18,137 bases of DNA, taken from assembly GCA_964244895.1 (NCBI GenBank), contig CAXTKV010000103.1:1-18137 (forward strand). The letters are read 5' to 3'. A program made the translations under genes and the position numbers. The DNA is from an uncultured Deinococcales bacterium. GTDB taxonomy: Bacteria; Deinococcota; Deinococci; Deinococcales; JAAFIG01. Shown here piece after piece: positions 17,081-18,137 of this stretch; positions within the stretch are counted from its first letter, which is position 1, and each line of letters opens with the position of its first letter. Under the pieces are notes generated by a model. The model was not told the DNA's origin, did not search any database, and saw only the letters and a program-made list of their open reading frames with translations.

Positions 17081-17863
17081 TCATTCGTCCTGAACGGGGT
17101 TCCTGCGACCGTTATTCTGAAGCGCCAGGCGATCCATCCATCCCGGAAAGACCGTCTCGAGCCAGACGAGCGGCCTGTACCAGCCGGGCACGATCACCTC
17201 CGCGCGCGGATGATCGAGCAGGTGCAGCACGGTTCTCGCCACGATTCCCGGCCCCGGCATCGGCAGGGGCGGCCCCCAGGCGGTCATGTCGGTTTTGATG
17301 AACCCCGGCGCGATCAAGGAGACATTGACGCCCGTCCCCAGCAACTCGCGCCGCAAGCCCAACGAAAAGCCGCGCAATCCGTGCTTGCTGGCCGAGTACA
17401 GGCTCGAGACGGCCACCCGGCCCGCCACGGAACCCATGTTGATGATGTGCCCCGAACGCCTCGAGATCATTTCCGGCAGCACCAGCCGGGTCAGCTCCAT
17501 CGCGGCGGTCAGGTTCGTGTCCAGCACCGTGCGGTAGGCGGCGCGCTCGTGCTCCCACCAGCGCGCGGATTGCCCACCGATGCCCGCGTTGTTGATCAGC
17601 ACGTCCACCGAACCGAACAGCCCTCGAGCCCGAGCCACCAGCTTCTCGAGGTCAGCCGGGTTGGTCACGTCGGTCGCGGCGGTGACGACGCGCTTGCCGG
17701 ACGGGTTGATTTCCTGAGCCAGCGCCTCGAGCTTGTCCGCCCGCCGCGCCGCCAGCACCAGTCGGTGCCCGTCGGCGGCCAGCAATCTGGCGGTGGCCTC
17801 GCCCAGCCCGCTCGAGGCTCCGGTGATGATGACGTGCATGCCGCCCGCGCCTTCGATGCTCAT
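17081..17863 (-). CDS. SDR family NAD(P)-dependent oxidoreductase
   Basis: TGASSGLG, LAARR, LINNAG, NMGSVAG, YSASK, PGFIKTDM; TAGCGT 6 nt before ATG. Confidence 0.93.
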   Translation of the reverse strand: MSIEGAGGMHVIITGASSGLGEATARLLAADGHRLVLAARRADKLEALAQEINPSGKRVVTAATDVTNPADLEKLVARARGLFGSVDVLINNAGIGGQSARWWEHERAAYRTVLDTNLTAAMELTRLVLPEMISRRSGHIINMGSVAGRVAVSSLYSASKHGLRGFSLGLRRELLGTGVNVSLIAPGFIKTDMTAWGPPLPMPGPGIVARTVLHLLDHPRAEVIVPGWYRPLVWLETVFPGWMDRLALQNNGRRNPVQDE

Positions 17864-17943
17864 GGTTGAACGCTAGCACCTGGCCCGAGATCGAGATTCA
17901 GGGCGAGATCGATGCTGCGCTCGAGCCTCGGGCTCGGGATAGA

Positions 17944-18003
17944 AGAAGACCGTCCTGCACGCGAATTTTTTGAATCAGAAAACGCTGCCCTGGACGGTCT
18001 TCT
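17944..18003. repeat. 60-bp doublet palindromic element, copy 9
   Basis: AGAAGACCGTCC-T-GCACGCGAATTT plus AAAACGCTGCCC-T-GGACGGTCTTCT, between divergent genes. Confidence 0.9.
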
Positions 18004-18030
18004 CGTCCGTGCTCGAGTTAAACTGAGCCC

Positions 18031-18137
18031 ATGCCAGACTTTGCCCTGAAAGAATTGCGACCGAACGCTTACTATCTGCCTGGAGCCGTCAACGTCGGCG
18101 TGATCGGCGCGCCGGACGATGGCGCGATCCTGATCGA
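18031..18137 (+). CDS. Probable MBL-fold metallo-hydrolase, 5' part only
   Basis: MPDFALKELRPNAYYLPGAVNVGVIGAPDDGAILI.. resembles the N-terminal strands before the D-x-G motif of MBL enzymes; TAAACT 6 nt before ATG; truncated by the window end. Confidence 0.6.
   Translation, partial: MPDFALKELRPNAYYLPGAVNVGVIGAPDDGAILI

Noticed and set aside
57..18003. Palindromic repeats as a CRISPR array
   Set aside because: Units occur only as dispersed doublets with 10-11-nt gaps, are degenerate, and no cas gene or leader is present

Overview
GC-rich bacterial chromosomal window, most likely Deinococcota (Thermus/Meiothermus-type short HU, many leaderless TAnnnT-N6/7-start genes). It carries about 16 housekeeping or accessory CDSs: sulfurtransferase, LOG, small hypothetical, GlcG/HbpS, acyl-CoA ligase, OsmC, an FMN-riboswitch-controlled RibY-like binding protein with an upstream ATPase-permease fusion, TIM-barrel isomerase, TolB-like propeller, orphan sugar-binding protein, GAF-PAS-GGDEF, H+-PPase, HU, SDR and a partial MBL hydrolase. 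No transposase, cas, tRNA or rRNA gene was seen. Four things stand out. (1) A fixed-length 60/61-bp doublet palindrome (unit AGAA[C/G]ACCGTCC-N-GGACGGT[G/C]TTCT, units 35-36 bp apart) occurs 9 times, plus singlets, in most intergenic spacers, with covarying outer arms (REPIN/BIME-like). (2) CTCGAG is strongly over-represented (about 76 hand-counted vs about 6 expected; HIP1-like). (3) The K+-independent H+-PPase has a ~200-aa C-terminal Ig-like/PEGA-like extension. (4) The probable riboflavin ABC importer has a fused ATPase-permease lying upstream of the riboswitch.
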